Below, one piece after another: positions 37,085 to 47,651 of a DNA stretch of 64,000 bases. The notes under the pieces are model-generated. The model was not told where the DNA came from, searched no databases, and saw nothing but the letters and a program-made list of their open reading frames with translations. Each line of letters opens with the position of its first letter. Within the stretch, counting starts at the first letter, position 1. The stretch is from a virus. The DNA lies in IMG/VR virus record IMGVR_UViG_3300032401_000002, positions 86,168-150,167 of that record. One strand, 5' to 3'. Position numbers and translations under genes: made by a program.

Positions 37085-38061
37085 TAGCTACTCGTGTCCC
37101 AATCACTCGTCTCTACGCAATATAAGCCAAAGTTGCCCGTTAGCTTCAAGAACATGAATGTCTTCCCGGCGTATTCTCCCGATCCACCTACGTACGTATC
37201 TTGGTCAATAACACTGGCAACGGGGTGTGGGAAGTGATATAGACCACGCAGGTACCCACGACGATTGGGCTGTGGAGTCGTGACCGGGTCGATGATATGC
37301 AGTCTAGACAACCAGCCCGCGTTGGTGACCGGGTCTGGGAAGACGTACTGGCCAAACGTGCCGCTAGTCGTGGACGCTGTCTGAACGGCAGATACGTCAC
37401 CCACTTTGCCGACGTTGACCGCCCCGCCCAAGCCAGTGTAGCCACGAGCTATGTAGTGTCCAGTTCGCGCGGCTTGGGTGCTTGAGGCCATCGACATCAC
37501 ATCGAGGTTCTCGGTGGCGGCTACACCTGTGTTCTCCGAGGCTCGCGCTATCAGCATGTTCCTGTACCCATCGCCCGTCAGGTACGAGTAGATTTCGCCG
37601 AACATGGTGGCGTAATAGGTACCAGCCGTGTCGCCAGTCTGGATGAAGAGGTAGAATGTACGGTTGTCAGCGACAGCGACCCAAGGTCTAGTAGTGGCAC
37701 TCAATGCGGCGCTCTTGCGAAGGAACAATCCGTTGGCGAACTGAGCCGCCGTGGGGAACAAGCCCGTCCCGGTGCTCACGTCTGTCATCGTCTCGAATCC
37801 ACGTATGCGAGCTTCTAGGAAACTGCCCGCTCCTGGCCCCGCATCGTTCACGTCCAAGTAGAACTGGTTACCCCCTCCTTGGCGGAAGGCCGCTCGCGTT
37901 GATGAGTTACCAGCAAATCCAGTTTGGCGAGTCCACCCTGCGGCCGTCATCGACCCATAGCCAGACACCAAGATCTTGTCTAGTAGGTTGATCAGACTCC
38001 CTGTCTGACCGTCAATGACGGGTGCGCTGGTGTCTGTTGACCGATAAACTCGTACGGTCAC
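37084..38061 (-). CDS. Tail-fibre family protein, paralog 2
   Basis: Same motifs as 35226..36164 and 38058..39392. Confidence 0.7.
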   Translation of the reverse strand: MTVRVYRSTDTSAPVIDGQTGSLINLLDKILVSGYGSMTAAGWTRQTGFAGNSSTRAAFRQGGGNQFYLDVNDAGPGAGSFLEARIRGFETMTDVSTGTGLFPTAAQFANGLFLRKSAALSATTRPWVAVADNRTFYLFIQTGDTAGTYYATMFGEIYSYLTGDGYRNMLIARASENTGVAATENLDVMSMASSTQAARTGHYIARGYTGLGGAVNVGKVGDVSAVQTASTTSGTFGQYVFPDPVTNAGWLSRLHIIDPVTTPQPNRRGYLRGLYHFPHPVASVIDQDTYVGGSGEYAGKTFMFLKLTGNFGLYCVETSDWDTSS

Positions 38062-39392
38062 GCCGACGTATCCCAGGTGTTGCTAATCTCTACGCAAGCC
38101 ACGCCGCCCGTTCCGAAGATCTTGATGATCATGAAGGTGCGCCCAGCGAACTCGGTGCCCGCTGCACCCACGAACGTGTCACCATCAACGACACCCGCAA
38201 CGGGGTGCAAGAACTGATACAAGCCCCGCAGATACCCACGACGCTGGTTGACGGGAGTTGCCGTGAATCCATGCGTGTAGACGCGACTCAGGTAGAGCGC
38301 GCCATCGACTGGGTTGGGGAACGGACACGTCCCTGAGAACGCGGTTGATCCACTGCTCATAGCAGGATCGCCCATCTTCTGGAAGGCTTCAGATCCACCC
38401 AGGCCGTGGTAAGCTCTTGCCCAGTAATGCCCACCCAAGGATGAACCTATGAGTATAACTAGCCCACCCAAGCACTCAACAGAGGCGACCACTGTGGCTA
38501 CGTTCTCTGTGTCTCGTGCGATAAGGGCTGTCTTGAATCCATCGCCCGACAAGTAAGAGTAGATCTCGCCGAACATGAACGATGTGTATTGGCCCCCGGC
38601 CTCCGACTGGATGAAGACGTATACGGTACGCTCGTCTGCAACAACGTACCAAATGCGGGCTGCCTGGTTGGTGCCCGCCACGGCCTTGCGAGCGTACATA
38701 TTGGTTGCCCTTTGAGTCGTGGTCGGGAACTGGCCGGTGCCTACCGTGGCGGAAGTCGCTACCTCGAAGCCGCTCACTCTGGCCTCAGTCGAAAGACCGG
38801 CACCAGGAGCGTTGTCCAACACGTTGAGATAGAACTGGTTTCCCGCTCCTTGGCGATACATGGCCACATTGGTGCCAGAGAAGGGCTTCGTCCAGCCTGC
38901 TCCGACTGTAGTGTCCGTCCCTGATCCGCCAGTCAGCGTGGCACCGCTTAGTGTGATCTGAGCCGCGCTCTTAGAGATCGCGATGGAGTTTCCTGCTGTG
39001 CCACCCTTGTACGCCGTCAATGTCAGAACACTCGACGTTAAGGCAGACACGAAGACGTTGGTCTGCTGAGTCGTGCCCGTTCCGTAGTTGGTGTTACGGA
39101 CACCAGAATCGGCAATGGCCGCAGCCAGGTTCGACAAGTTGGTGGCTGCCGACACACCGATAAGAACCTGGTTGGCGCTCGGCGTCAGCGCCGTCTTCCA
39201 GGTGTACGTGATGCCGTCAATCGTGATGGTATCTCCGTCCGACACTGTGGTGCCGACAGTAACAGTGGCCGAAGCGCGAGTTGATCCATACCCGTTTACC
39301 AAACAGGCATCAAGAAGCTGGGTGAGAGCGCCAGCATGAGAAGTGACGATTGGTGCGTTAGTGTCGGTTGACTTGTAGACCCTTACGGTCAT
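38058..39392 (-). CDS. Tail-fibre family protein, paralog 1 (with an inserted ~125-aa domain)
   Basis: Same family; insertion between NGYG and AGWT. Confidence 0.7.
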   Translation of the reverse strand: MTVRVYKSTDTNAPIVTSHAGALTQLLDACLVNGYGSTRASATVTVGTTVSDGDTITIDGITYTWKTALTPSANQVLIGVSAATNLSNLAAAIADSGVRNTNYGTGTTQQTNVFVSALTSSVLTLTAYKGGTAGNSIAISKSAAQITLSGATLTGGSGTDTTVGAGWTKPFSGTNVAMYRQGAGNQFYLNVLDNAPGAGLSTEARVSGFEVATSATVGTGQFPTTTQRATNMYARKAVAGTNQAARIWYVVADERTVYVFIQSEAGGQYTSFMFGEIYSYLSGDGFKTALIARDTENVATVVASVECLGGLVILIGSSLGGHYWARAYHGLGGSEAFQKMGDPAMSSGSTAFSGTCPFPNPVDGALYLSRVYTHGFTATPVNQRRGYLRGLYQFLHPVAGVVDGDTFVGAAGTEFAGRTFMIIKIFGTGGVACVEISNTWDTSA

Positions 39393-40879
39393 TACTGCCC
39401 CTTACCTTCGAGAGTGACTGTCCATACGCTTGGGCCTATACCCACGCTCGTCCAGTTGAGACGAACTAGCTCTCCAGAGGTTACGGTGCCGAGGCTCGTC
39501 GTTATGACGTGCTCGGCTACCCCTGCGGCTAGCGTCATGGTTGATACAGTGGTGGGCGTGAATGCGCCACCACCTGGTGACTTCTGTAGCTGAATTGTCG
39601 TAGCTGGGCTACCCGTGACGGCCACATTCTCGACTCGGAGCACGAGTCTCTGGAGGTTGTACGTCTTAGATACACCGTTCTCGTACGGGATACGCCAAAC
39701 TCCACCGGCAGGCCCTAGACCCGCAGGCACTGCATCGCCCTGCCACAGCACGGACAAGTTGGTCTTCGGGACGATGTTGGCAACCAGCACCCAGACTCCA
39801 CCCGACTTGTTGTATACGTCGCCGTTGGATGTGTCGAGGTAGTTGTCGCCCTCTAGCCCAAGACTGTTCGACGGGACGCCACTTCCGGTGAACCACTTGG
39901 TGCCTCGGGGTGGTGCCAAAGGTGTGTGAATGTGTGATACATGAGTACCACCAGAGTGAACGAAGTGGATTGTCTTGTTCGAGTTCGAGTCGGTAACCGC
40001 ATACACCTTCACTACGATGCGATCAGTGGTGGCTACAGGTGTCCCCACAGTCGTGACGTACCCTAGATCAGACTGAAGCGTGACCGTTGTATCGTTGATG
40101 TCGCCAGAGTAGATGCTGAAGATCTCTGTCTCGGTGCCGCCAACCGTTCTCGTGTAGACACGGAAGCGAAGCTGGGAAATCTGAGCCGCATTCGATACGT
40201 ATCTGTAGAAGCTAAACTCCCACAGTCCAGGCGGGATCTGGTTTCCCGTGTTGAGATCATCAGACGTGATGTACGAGTCGAGAAGGACTTCTCCACTTGC
40301 GTTCGTTATGGTTACCTGATCATCATCTTCGGCCACCTGGGTGGGCGTTGTGGACAGGGTCACGTAAGCAGGAACCGCAACGTCGGCTGTGTCCTGGAAG
40401 AACAACAATCTGCCTGTGGTCGAACCCGTTGCTCCAGTGGCACCAGTCGGGCCTTTGATGTTCGCCACCAAAGTGTATGCCCCCAACACGCGCTCGTACA
40501 CGTCACCAGTTACAGAATCTAGGTAGTAGTCTCCGTCTACGCCCAGTCCGTTCGAGGGCGTACCCGACCCCGTACGCCAGACCGTGCCGTCCATACCGAT
40601 GATACCGTCAGCGCCCGGTGGCCCCTTGATGTTGGCCGTCAGAACATAGACCCCGCCAGTCTTCTCGTACACGTCGCCGTTGGTCTCGTTAAGGTAGAAG
40701 TCACCGTTGACTCCGAGACCATTCGACGGCACACCGGGGCCTGAGCGCCATGCTGATCCGCCCCCGCCTCCCCCACCGACACCAAGGTCTTCGAGGGCTT
40801 CCTGGATGCCGTCGATCATCGTGCCGACGTAGGGGATTCCCGTCCATGGGTTGGGGACTGAGATGTAGGGTAATGCCAT
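39392..40879 (-). CDS. Fibre protein with three W..G.G.PSN.LG..GD.YL...GDVY repeats and short collagen stretches
   Basis: Repeats visible in the translation. Confidence 0.75.
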   Translation of the reverse strand: MALPYISVPNPWTGIPYVGTMIDGIQEALEDLGVGGGGGGGSAWRSGPGVPSNGLGVNGDFYLNETNGDVYEKTGGVYVLTANIKGPPGADGIIGMDGTVWRTGSGTPSNGLGVDGDYYLDSVTGDVYERVLGAYTLVANIKGPTGATGATGSTTGRLLFFQDTADVAVPAYVTLSTTPTQVAEDDDQVTITNASGEVLLDSYITSDDLNTGNQIPPGLWEFSFYRYVSNAAQISQLRFRVYTRTVGGTETEIFSIYSGDINDTTVTLQSDLGYVTTVGTPVATTDRIVVKVYAVTDSNSNKTIHFVHSGGTHVSHIHTPLAPPRGTKWFTGSGVPSNSLGLEGDNYLDTSNGDVYNKSGGVWVLVANIVPKTNLSVLWQGDAVPAGLGPAGGVWRIPYENGVSKTYNLQRLVLRVENVAVTGSPATTIQLQKSPGGGAFTPTTVSTMTLAAGVAEHVITTSLGTVTSGELVRLNWTSVGIGPSVWTVTLEGKGQ

Positions 40880-40881
40880 AG

Positions 40882-43854
40882 TTATGAACGCTCGTTGAGT
40901 GAAGTCATAAACTCGTCATAAGTCTGGACTTGACCGGCGAAGTGAGGCTCCCAATAGGATGTCTTGCTGATCTTCGCGCCCTTGTTCCAGCCCCTCACCT
41001 TGTTCTTGAGCCAGGGGTTGTTCCAGTGGTAGGCATCGATGGGCTTGCCGCTCGCGCGCAAGGGAGCAACCATCTGGTTGAACAACCCTTGCTCTCTGTG
41101 GTCGGGGTGTACGTACACTGTCCCCAACATGTTCCACCCGTTGGGGTCTTCCACGTACGTCATCGAACCAACTGGCTTGTCGCCATGGAGGGCAACAACG
41201 CCCTGACCCTGTCGTCCCTGTCGGTCGAGGAAGGTATCCTCAAGCTCGCCAGTTTGCTCCATCTTGTTGGTCTCGACATTCTTCTTCCAACCTGCTCGGA
41301 ATCTGGGGTGCTCTTTGCCGTCTTCATCGATCCAGGTGTTGTTCTCCAGATCGATGGGCACGATCCGATAAGGGCTAGCAGCTTGCTTGATAAAGGCTTG
41401 TTCGCACGCGGCCTTGATAGCCGGGATGTCAAGATCAGGCCGTCGCGTGTTCAACTCGATCCCACCTTCTGTGTACCTGCGGCCCTTGATCATTCCCCGC
41501 TTGATCCACTCGTCCTCGCCCAACCCCTCTTTCTCGTGCATGTCGCTGATGATGTCGAAGTGATTGGGGCCGAACCTGAACTGTTGCATCATGGGGTCGT
41601 AGACGAAGGCCGTTGACTCTTTGGGCCGAGGTACCCAGTCGTAGTCATCGTCCATGGTGGCTACCTTGCTGAGCGCACCCGGAATCTTAACCTCGGCCTG
41701 CTCGGGTGGGCCACTCGTCAAGTCTTCGTAGGTGGGTAGACCACGGTTCTCCTGGTTGGGGTCTGGGAGATCCTGAGGCAATGCCAGTCCGTTCGTGTAG
41801 ACTAGGTTGTACAAGTAGCTGATGAACTTGTAGGCATCGCCATACACGGCGTCGGCTTCCTGAGCCTCCAGGTCACTCTTCGACTCGTACCACTCGTCTT
41901 CGTAGTTCTCCCGCGCTAGCTCAGGGTCAAACTCGCCGTCTTCATCGAACGCCAAAGGCGTGTCATGCGAGTGGTTGTTCTTGAAGAACTGCTCCTCGAC
42001 TTCGCCGTCACTGATCTCCATGTAGTCCGACAATTGGAAAGCCCAGTCATTCAACTCTTGCTCGGCCTTCTCGATGTCCCTCATCGCGATATCCTTGGCC
42101 CTCTTGGCGTACTCGGGATCGGATCGCTTCTCGGCCCAGTCTTCGGTGCAGAGAGCCGTGTAGCATGCGTGGGCAGCACCCCGCCAGTCGTTCGTGTTCC
42201 ACTTGTTGCGGTCGTAGTTGTCGGCCAACGAGTTCAGGTAGTCCTGAAGGATCTCATCCCAATCGCTGATGTCGGGGTGCTCGCGCTCGGACGTGACGCC
42301 GTACTCGTCCTCGCCACCATGGCGGTACATCTCGTGGTTGTCGCGGAACGTGTTGTCGTACCACTCGTCAAGCTCTTGTGCGGTCTTCATGGATTCGTAG
42401 TCCCACTGCTGACGGCCTTGTTGGTCGAAGGGGTTCATGTAGTCTTCCGACCTCTTGAACTTCCAGCCCTTCTCCTTGAGCGAGTTGAGCCACTCTTTCA
42501 CCATACGCTGGTACTCGGGCTTCGGGGTCTTGTTCGAGTTGCCCATCATCTGCACAACCTCGAACGGATCTAGATCCTCCGACGTAGCTTTGCGTCCTTC
42601 TTCCCTAGACGAGTTGCGGACAACGAGATCCTCGGGCTTGTGAGTGTCAGGGTGAACCCTCTCGTCACCCGCGTCACGGTTGAACACCATGCCGTGATCC
42701 CCCATAGGCTCGGCAGCGCTGAACGGATGCTGTGACACCGTCTGAATCTCGATGGTAACGTGAGGGATGTTCTTACTGTCTCGCAGGCTATAGATGATCG
42801 TGTCGCCGCGCTCGACCTGGTAGTGGTAGCCTCCAACGCAGTGCCCCATCTCGTCGCCCTCGAACTGAAGCTGCTCGGGAGTCGTCAGCTTCTGGATCGT
42901 ATACCCGTTCCCGAAGTCGTACACCACAGCGCCTGCCGACAATGACTCGCGGTTGTCGCGCTTCCACTCCATCAGCCATTCCTCGAACTCCTTGAAGTTC
43001 AACTTGGCGATATCGAAGTTCTGCGGGATCTTGTTCTCTTGGCGAAGCTGGTTGAGGATCTTGCCGCCTTCCCCAACAACGTCTACCTCGTGGTCGAAGT
43101 TCAACTGCCCTCGACCAAGCTCAGGAAGGTAGCCATAAGCGCACTGGCTGGTGTAGTCGTCCTTCATGTGCTTGACGAACCAGGGCCACAGCTTGTAAGA
43201 CTCGGGATGGTTGGATTCCAGATCCATGATTGCCTTTGCCATCGCGGGATACAACTGGGCCAGGTTGGCTTCCTCGTTCTTCTTCAGGAGTTGACCAACA
43301 GCCTTCTTGGCCTGCTGTGACGGCGGCTCGTCTACCTTGGGATCGTAGGTGGGGCCTTGTAGGGGTCTGCGGGGTGTCCAACCTTCAGGAGCTTCGAGCC
43401 TGCCGCTGTCGGTATCCCACAACGAGTCATACACGGCAGCCAGCGCCTGGAACGCATGCTCTTGCGAATGGTAGTCACGCATCAGCATGTTGTAGGCAGC
43501 CAGGTAGCCTCGCTCGCGCGTGGTCAGCGTGTACTTGTCCTGCCACTCTGTTGCCGCTTGAGCCGCGTCACCGATTGAACTACGCTCGCCAGGAGTCTTG
43601 GAGCGCTGATACAGTCCATACACGTCCATCATCTTCTGGATGTCAGGACGAGGAGGCTTGTGACCTCCGTCAATGGGATTCTCTGGATCTGCGTTGTACC
43701 CGAAGATCGACTCTAGCTGCTCGCGGGCAAGCTCTTGCACAGAAGCTCCCAGACGCTCCATCGACGCCAATCTGACCCAGGCGTCCAGGTCATGCGTCGA
43801 TACGTCTGAGAATGGCTCCTGAGAGCGTACAAGGGGATTCCAGAGGTCAGTCAC
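40882..43854 (-). CDS. Multidomain protein: PcfJ-like domain + C-terminal GNAT
   Basis: EGDEMGHCVGGY...IYSLRD...PHVTIE; VYVHPDHREQGLF. Confidence 0.75.
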   Translation of the reverse strand: MTDLWNPLVRSQEPFSDVSTHDLDAWVRLASMERLGASVQELAREQLESIFGYNADPENPIDGGHKPPRPDIQKMMDVYGLYQRSKTPGERSSIGDAAQAATEWQDKYTLTTRERGYLAAYNMLMRDYHSQEHAFQALAAVYDSLWDTDSGRLEAPEGWTPRRPLQGPTYDPKVDEPPSQQAKKAVGQLLKKNEEANLAQLYPAMAKAIMDLESNHPESYKLWPWFVKHMKDDYTSQCAYGYLPELGRGQLNFDHEVDVVGEGGKILNQLRQENKIPQNFDIAKLNFKEFEEWLMEWKRDNRESLSAGAVVYDFGNGYTIQKLTTPEQLQFEGDEMGHCVGGYHYQVERGDTIIYSLRDSKNIPHVTIEIQTVSQHPFSAAEPMGDHGMVFNRDAGDERVHPDTHKPEDLVVRNSSREEGRKATSEDLDPFEVVQMMGNSNKTPKPEYQRMVKEWLNSLKEKGWKFKRSEDYMNPFDQQGRQQWDYESMKTAQELDEWYDNTFRDNHEMYRHGGEDEYGVTSEREHPDISDWDEILQDYLNSLADNYDRNKWNTNDWRGAAHACYTALCTEDWAEKRSDPEYAKRAKDIAMRDIEKAEQELNDWAFQLSDYMEISDGEVEEQFFKNNHSHDTPLAFDEDGEFDPELARENYEDEWYESKSDLEAQEADAVYGDAYKFISYLYNLVYTNGLALPQDLPDPNQENRGLPTYEDLTSGPPEQAEVKIPGALSKVATMDDDYDWVPRPKESTAFVYDPMMQQFRFGPNHFDIISDMHEKEGLGEDEWIKRGMIKGRRYTEGGIELNTRRPDLDIPAIKAACEQAFIKQAASPYRIVPIDLENNTWIDEDGKEHPRFRAGWKKNVETNKMEQTGELEDTFLDRQGRQGQGVVALHGDKPVGSMTYVEDPNGWNMLGTVYVHPDHREQGLFNQMVAPLRASGKPIDAYHWNNPWLKNKVRGWNKGAKISKTSYWEPHFAGQVQTYDEFMTSLNERS

Positions 43855-43904
43855 TCTACTCTTTATCGGTCAGAAGTGGTCGGAGATGGAGCACGGGCAC
43901 AAGA

Positions 43905-43932
43905 AAGGGGAGAGGCCGAAGCCCCTCCCCTT
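43905..43932 (-). terminator. Rho-independent terminator
   Basis: AAGGGGAGGGGC-TTCG-GCCTCTCCCCTT followed by TCTT. Confidence 0.75.
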
Positions 43933-43956
43933 GGTCGAGCGGTGGATCGATTGGGA

Positions 43957-44847
43957 CTAGCTACCGAACGGGCCGGTGTAGAGAGACCCAGACGTAACGA
44001 CCTTGTACGCGAAGTCCGTACCCTTGTTGCACGTCGGCTTCACGAGTGTGCCGATACCGCCATCCTTCAGCGATCCCTGACCCTCGCCTTCCTTGCAGAT
44101 CCAGCGAGTACCATCGCCAAGACCGTTAGTGCCATTGGCACCAGCAGGCCCCTGCGGGCCAGCAGCACCCTGCGGGCCGGGAGCACCAGCGGGGCCAGTA
44201 GCTCCAGCCGGGCCGGGGACGGTCGAGGCTGCACCAGCCGGGCCAGCCGGGCCAGTGTTGCCCGTCGCGCCCTTGTCTCCGGTGTTACCCTTGTCGCCCT
44301 TCGGGCCAGCAGGCCCCTGAGCACCCGTGTCGCCCTTGGGGCCACGGTCACCCTGCTCGCCCTTGCATGAGTTACCCTCGTCGTTATGACTCGGGTTGTA
44401 GCTCTGCGGAGCGCGGTCGTCGTCCTCGTCGTCGTCCTTCTTCAGACACTCGGCATCCTTACCGGGTGCGCCGGTATCGCCCTTCGGGCCTGCGGGGCCA
44501 GTAGCGCCGGTATCACCCTTCGCACCCTGACCACCCTGTGGGCCACTTGCTCCGGGAGCACCGGGCTTGCTGACTACAACCAGACATGGGTCAGTCGGGA
44601 CGAGATTGACCGTCACCGACGCACACGGCACAGCTACGCCCGCCTTGCGGATCTCGTAGCTACGACACGTCTGTGTCTTGGCGATGCTGCGAACGACGCC
44701 TGCGTTCGCACCAGCGTTCGGCTTACCAACGCAGAACGGGCCGCTGAGCCGCCTACCCTGGTCGCCAGTCGGGGCTGCTCCGTTTGCTGCGAAAGCAACG
44801 CCAACACTCACGACGAGGGCCGCGAGCACAATGGGGATGATCCTCAT
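43957..44847 (-). CDS. Secreted collagen-like protein
   Basis: Signal peptide, Cys-containing head domain, long G-X-Y runs. Confidence 0.8.
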   Translation of the reverse strand: MRIIPIVLAALVVSVGVAFAANGAAPTGDQGRRLSGPFCVGKPNAGANAGVVRSIAKTQTCRSYEIRKAGVAVPCASVTVNLVPTDPCLVVVSKPGAPGASGPQGGQGAKGDTGATGPAGPKGDTGAPGKDAECLKKDDDEDDDRAPQSYNPSHNDEGNSCKGEQGDRGPKGDTGAQGPAGPKGDKGNTGDKGATGNTGPAGPAGAASTVPGPAGATGPAGAPGPQGAAGPQGPAGANGTNGLGDGTRWICKEGEGQGSLKDGGIGTLVKPTCNKGTDFAYKVVTSGSLYTGPFGS

Positions 44848-44942
44848 TGTCGTCTTTCCTTTCGTTGGGGACAGGACTGTCCTATTCCATTACCCTCAGA
44901 GCTTAGTAGATGCCCCACAAGGTGTCCCTCGAACGAGTGATG

Positions 44943-45134
44943 CTAGTGCGTGACCTCGTATGAGTGGAAGACAAGCGGGTCTTCGTTGATCTTCCACGTT
45001 GCTACTCGGGTCACCGTAACCACCCAGCCATCCTTCTCGATGGGCTGCTTCCAGTCCAACCGGAATCGCCGTGTCTTCCCGAACACGAACCAGTGCCCTG
45101 ACTTGCCGCTGTATCCTCCATGCCTGAACATCAT
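44943..45134 (-). CDS. Hypothetical protein
   Basis: Coupled ORF. Confidence 0.5.
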   Translation of the reverse strand: MMFRHGGYSGKSGHWFVFGKTRRFRLDWKQPIEKDGWVVTVTRVATWKINEDPLVFHSYEVTH

Positions 45135-45532
45135 CCACAGATGGGCTTACAGCCAGTGTACTGGCAACCCTTGTCGTCGTGGTCGAAGACACTGTGCCCA
45201 CACGCGCATGTGAAGATGTCATCGCTCTGAGTCTGGTTGATCGACAGAATCTCTGTGATGTTGAGCAAGTGGTCTTCGGTGATCGGCTTGTCGGCCTTGA
45301 CAAGTGCGGCGATCTGTGCTAGGACGCGACTTAGGGCACGGTTGTAGTTCGACATGGTAGCTGCTTGGAAGATGACCTTGTCCAGGTCGCCCTCGACACG
45401 TTCCAGCCTCCGAGCACCGTTCTCCAGTCCTTCCACGTACGCGCGTGCGACCTCGACTAGACGAGGAGATGGGCGCAAGACTTCTGCGCCACTCGTCTCC
45501 CCTTTGCCCCCTGCAATGCTATCGTCACGCAT
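45131..45532 (-). CDS. Coiled-coil protein with C-terminal C-x-CGH...H...C...C Zn finger
   Basis: ATG 45532 overlaps the upstream stop. Confidence 0.55.
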   Translation of the reverse strand: MRDDSIAGGKGETSGAEVLRPSPRLVEVARAYVEGLENGARRLERVEGDLDKVIFQAATMSNYNRALSRVLAQIAALVKADKPITEDHLLNITEILSINQTQSDDIFTCACGHSVFDHDDKGCQYTGCKPICG

Positions 45533-45752
45533 CTCCGAGATCCAGTACCCTGCGGGCCGTTGTGTACACATAATCACCGTCGTAGGCGTTCCTGAAGATG
45601 ATGGTGAGAGCGTTCTCAAGCTCCCAAATGCGGTCGGTTAGCTCCTGGCGCTGTTCTTTCAGCTTGTCTTCGAGCCAATCTGTCGTTGAGTCCGTGGAGC
45701 AGTGCATCATGCTCTCAGCGAACTCGTATTGCTTCTTCTCATCGATATCCAT
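45525..45752 (-). CDS. Hypothetical protein
   Basis: SD GAGGAG. Confidence 0.55.
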   Translation of the reverse strand: MDIDEKKQYEFAESMMHCSTDSTTDWLEDKLKEQRQELTDRIWELENALTIIFRNAYDGDYVYTTARRVLDLGDA

Positions 45753-45770
45753 TTCGCGTCTCCTCGCACC

Positions 45771-45980
45771 TTAGGTGGGTGGCACAGGGCGTAACCAAGC
45801 TCTTACTCCGTCGAGCGTGGCCATCGTGCAATACCATCTCGCCCCCTCCAGCGATACCGTTTCGCCAAGGCGTAGCCGGATATTCCCCTCAACGTAAAGG
45901 GTGCCATCCTCTTGTAGCTGCGAGTTTGTGGGCCTGATGATCTTAACGGCCGGTTCGGCATCAATCATGTGTCGCATCAT
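45771..45980 (-). CDS. Hypothetical protein
   Basis: TAGAGT -10-like hexamer just upstream. Confidence 0.45.
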   Translation of the reverse strand: MMRHMIDAEPAVKIIRPTNSQLQEDGTLYVEGNIRLRLGETVSLEGARWYCTMATLDGVRAWLRPVPPT

Positions 45981-46138
45981 ACCACTCTATCCACACAGCA
46001 CCGCCACCTAATAGACAGATGGAGTTCTGGTTGATCATCGACGCCAACTATACACCCGAAGAAATCGGTGAATTGTGTCGCTTGTGGAAGCTCTTGGCAG
46101 ACGCAAACGGAGTTGCCTCATCCTAGGTGTGGTAAGGT

Positions 46139-46762
46139 ATGTCCATGAGCGCAAACCCAACAGACAAGCCGTTCCCGCCTGATGGCGTCTTCGATGCCCA
46201 AACCAACACGTACACCGATGGTCTTGGCCGCAAGGTCGGCAACGTCCATAGCGCACGCCAGTGTGAAGGCAGGCCGTGCGTGATCCATGCACCGTCTGAC
46301 CACGTCATGCGGGGCTTCCCGACTCATCTTCGCATCCCCGGCCCGTTCGACATCAAGCAGATGCACATGGAGCGCATCTGTCCTCACGGCGTCGGCCATC
46401 CCGATCCCGATGACGCTGCTTACCAGCGCAGTCTCGGCCCCAACATGTCCGTGGACGTTCACGGGTGCGACGGGTGTTGCGGTGACCCCGACCAGGAAGT
46501 GCGTGACGCCATCCTGGACGAGCTTACCAAGGACGAAGTCAGGCCGTGGCCGATGTCAGACGAACCCACCATCGAGAGCCTTCAGGCCATGATCCGTTCC
46601 ATAACGGACGATCTGATGGAGGCGGACGAAGAGATCGAGAACCTGCACGAGCAACTTGCGGGCATGGATCAGTCCTACGAGACACTCAAGTTGAGCCGCG
46701 ACTTCTGGAGAGACTGTGCCAATCGAGCGCTCGAAAGAGCTAACGATGCAGACCAGTCGTAA
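46139..46762 (+). CDS. Actinophage-type protein (HAPSDH..M...ERICPHGVGHPDPD) with coiled coil
   Basis: His/Cys-rich motif; first gene of a + strand early cluster. Confidence 0.65.
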   Translation: MSMSANPTDKPFPPDGVFDAQTNTYTDGLGRKVGNVHSARQCEGRPCVIHAPSDHVMRGFPTHLRIPGPFDIKQMHMERICPHGVGHPDPDDAAYQRSLGPNMSVDVHGCDGCCGDPDQEVRDAILDELTKDEVRPWPMSDEPTIESLQAMIRSITDDLMEADEEIENLHEQLAGMDQSYETLKLSRDFWRDCANRALERANDADQS

Positions 46763-47087
46763 GTCTTACTATCTCATGACGCCGCTCCAGCGCGTGGTGT
46801 CTGATCTCCAGCGCTTCGTGCGTGACCATCCGCAGCCTTGTCACTGCTCGCCGTGTCATGGTCTCCTGGAGGTTCGAGCTATGCTAGAGGACGAGGCTCG
46901 TGCTACCAAGGCAATCGTCAAGGCACACACGATCTTGGAGATCCTCGAAGAAGATGCCACTGAGGCCAAGCACGACAAGCGCAACCACAACGAGCCTGAG
47001 ATGTGGTACCAACAAGGCAAGGCTGACGCTTACCGCATCGCCATGCTGACTATGCGCGAAGAGTTCAGAGGAGACATCCCTCAGTGA
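46746..47087 (+). CDS. Hypothetical protein
   Basis: Coupled ORF in the early cluster; start uncertain. Confidence 0.5.
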   Translation: MQTSRKSYYLMTPLQRVVSDLQRFVRDHPQPCHCSPCHGLLEVRAMLEDEARATKAIVKAHTILEILEEDATEAKHDKRNHNEPEMWYQQGKADAYRIAMLTMREEFRGDIPQ

Positions 47088-47329
47088 GCCAGATGTACTA
47101 CAAGTTCCCTGAGCCTGTGTACGGACAGTTCGTGCGCGCCAACGACGGCTTCTTCTACCACAACGAGAAGTGGTTCGCTCTACGAGGCAAGCGCCCCGGC
47201 CCTGATGGTCTGCTTACCGCTCTTCGCGAGTTGGAGATCGAGGTAGGAAAGGCTATCGATCACGTCCGAAAGTTGAACCAGACGCGGACAATGACAACCG
47301 GCTTTCCCAAGCAGGCCGGGCGTGGATAA
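47084..47329 (+). CDS. Hypothetical protein
   Basis: GTGA overlap. Confidence 0.5.
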   Translation: MSQMYYKFPEPVYGQFVRANDGFFYHNEKWFALRGKRPGPDGLLTALRELEIEVGKAIDHVRKLNQTRTMTTGFPKQAGRG

Positions 47330-47651
47330 GTCAGGTGAGTTCGAACAGGGCCACGTTCTCGTTATCACTGGCGAGCCTGGGTCTGACGAACGCATGGAAG
47401 AAGTCGAGCACCTTCCCGATTGTCCCACCCAGACCGACTACTTCGGCGACGGAGAAGGATACGAGTGGCACGAGTGCGCTGTCGGATACCAGCAAAGCTA
47501 CTGGGGCTTCGACTTCACCGACCCCGACGTACATGCCTTGCCACCCGGCAGGTATGCTTTGAGCATGTGGCTCGAACACACCCCCGCCTCCTGGATGGGG
47601 TCTGAAGAGTACGACTACCAATTCGTGATAGGAGATCGCATCGATGCCTAG
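47322..47651 (+). CDS. Hypothetical acidic protein
   Basis: Overlapping chain of ORFs. Confidence 0.55.
   Translation: MDKSGEFEQGHVLVITGEPGSDERMEEVEHLPDCPTQTDYFGDGEGYEWHECAVGYQQSYWGFDFTDPDVHALPPGRYALSMWLEHTPASWMGSEEYDYQFVIGDRIDA

Noticed and set aside
41965-42573. Antisense ORFs of 200-300 aa (also 58803-59723, 40930-41616, 30000-30704)
   Set aside because: V/L-rich mirror translations of acidic minus-strand genes
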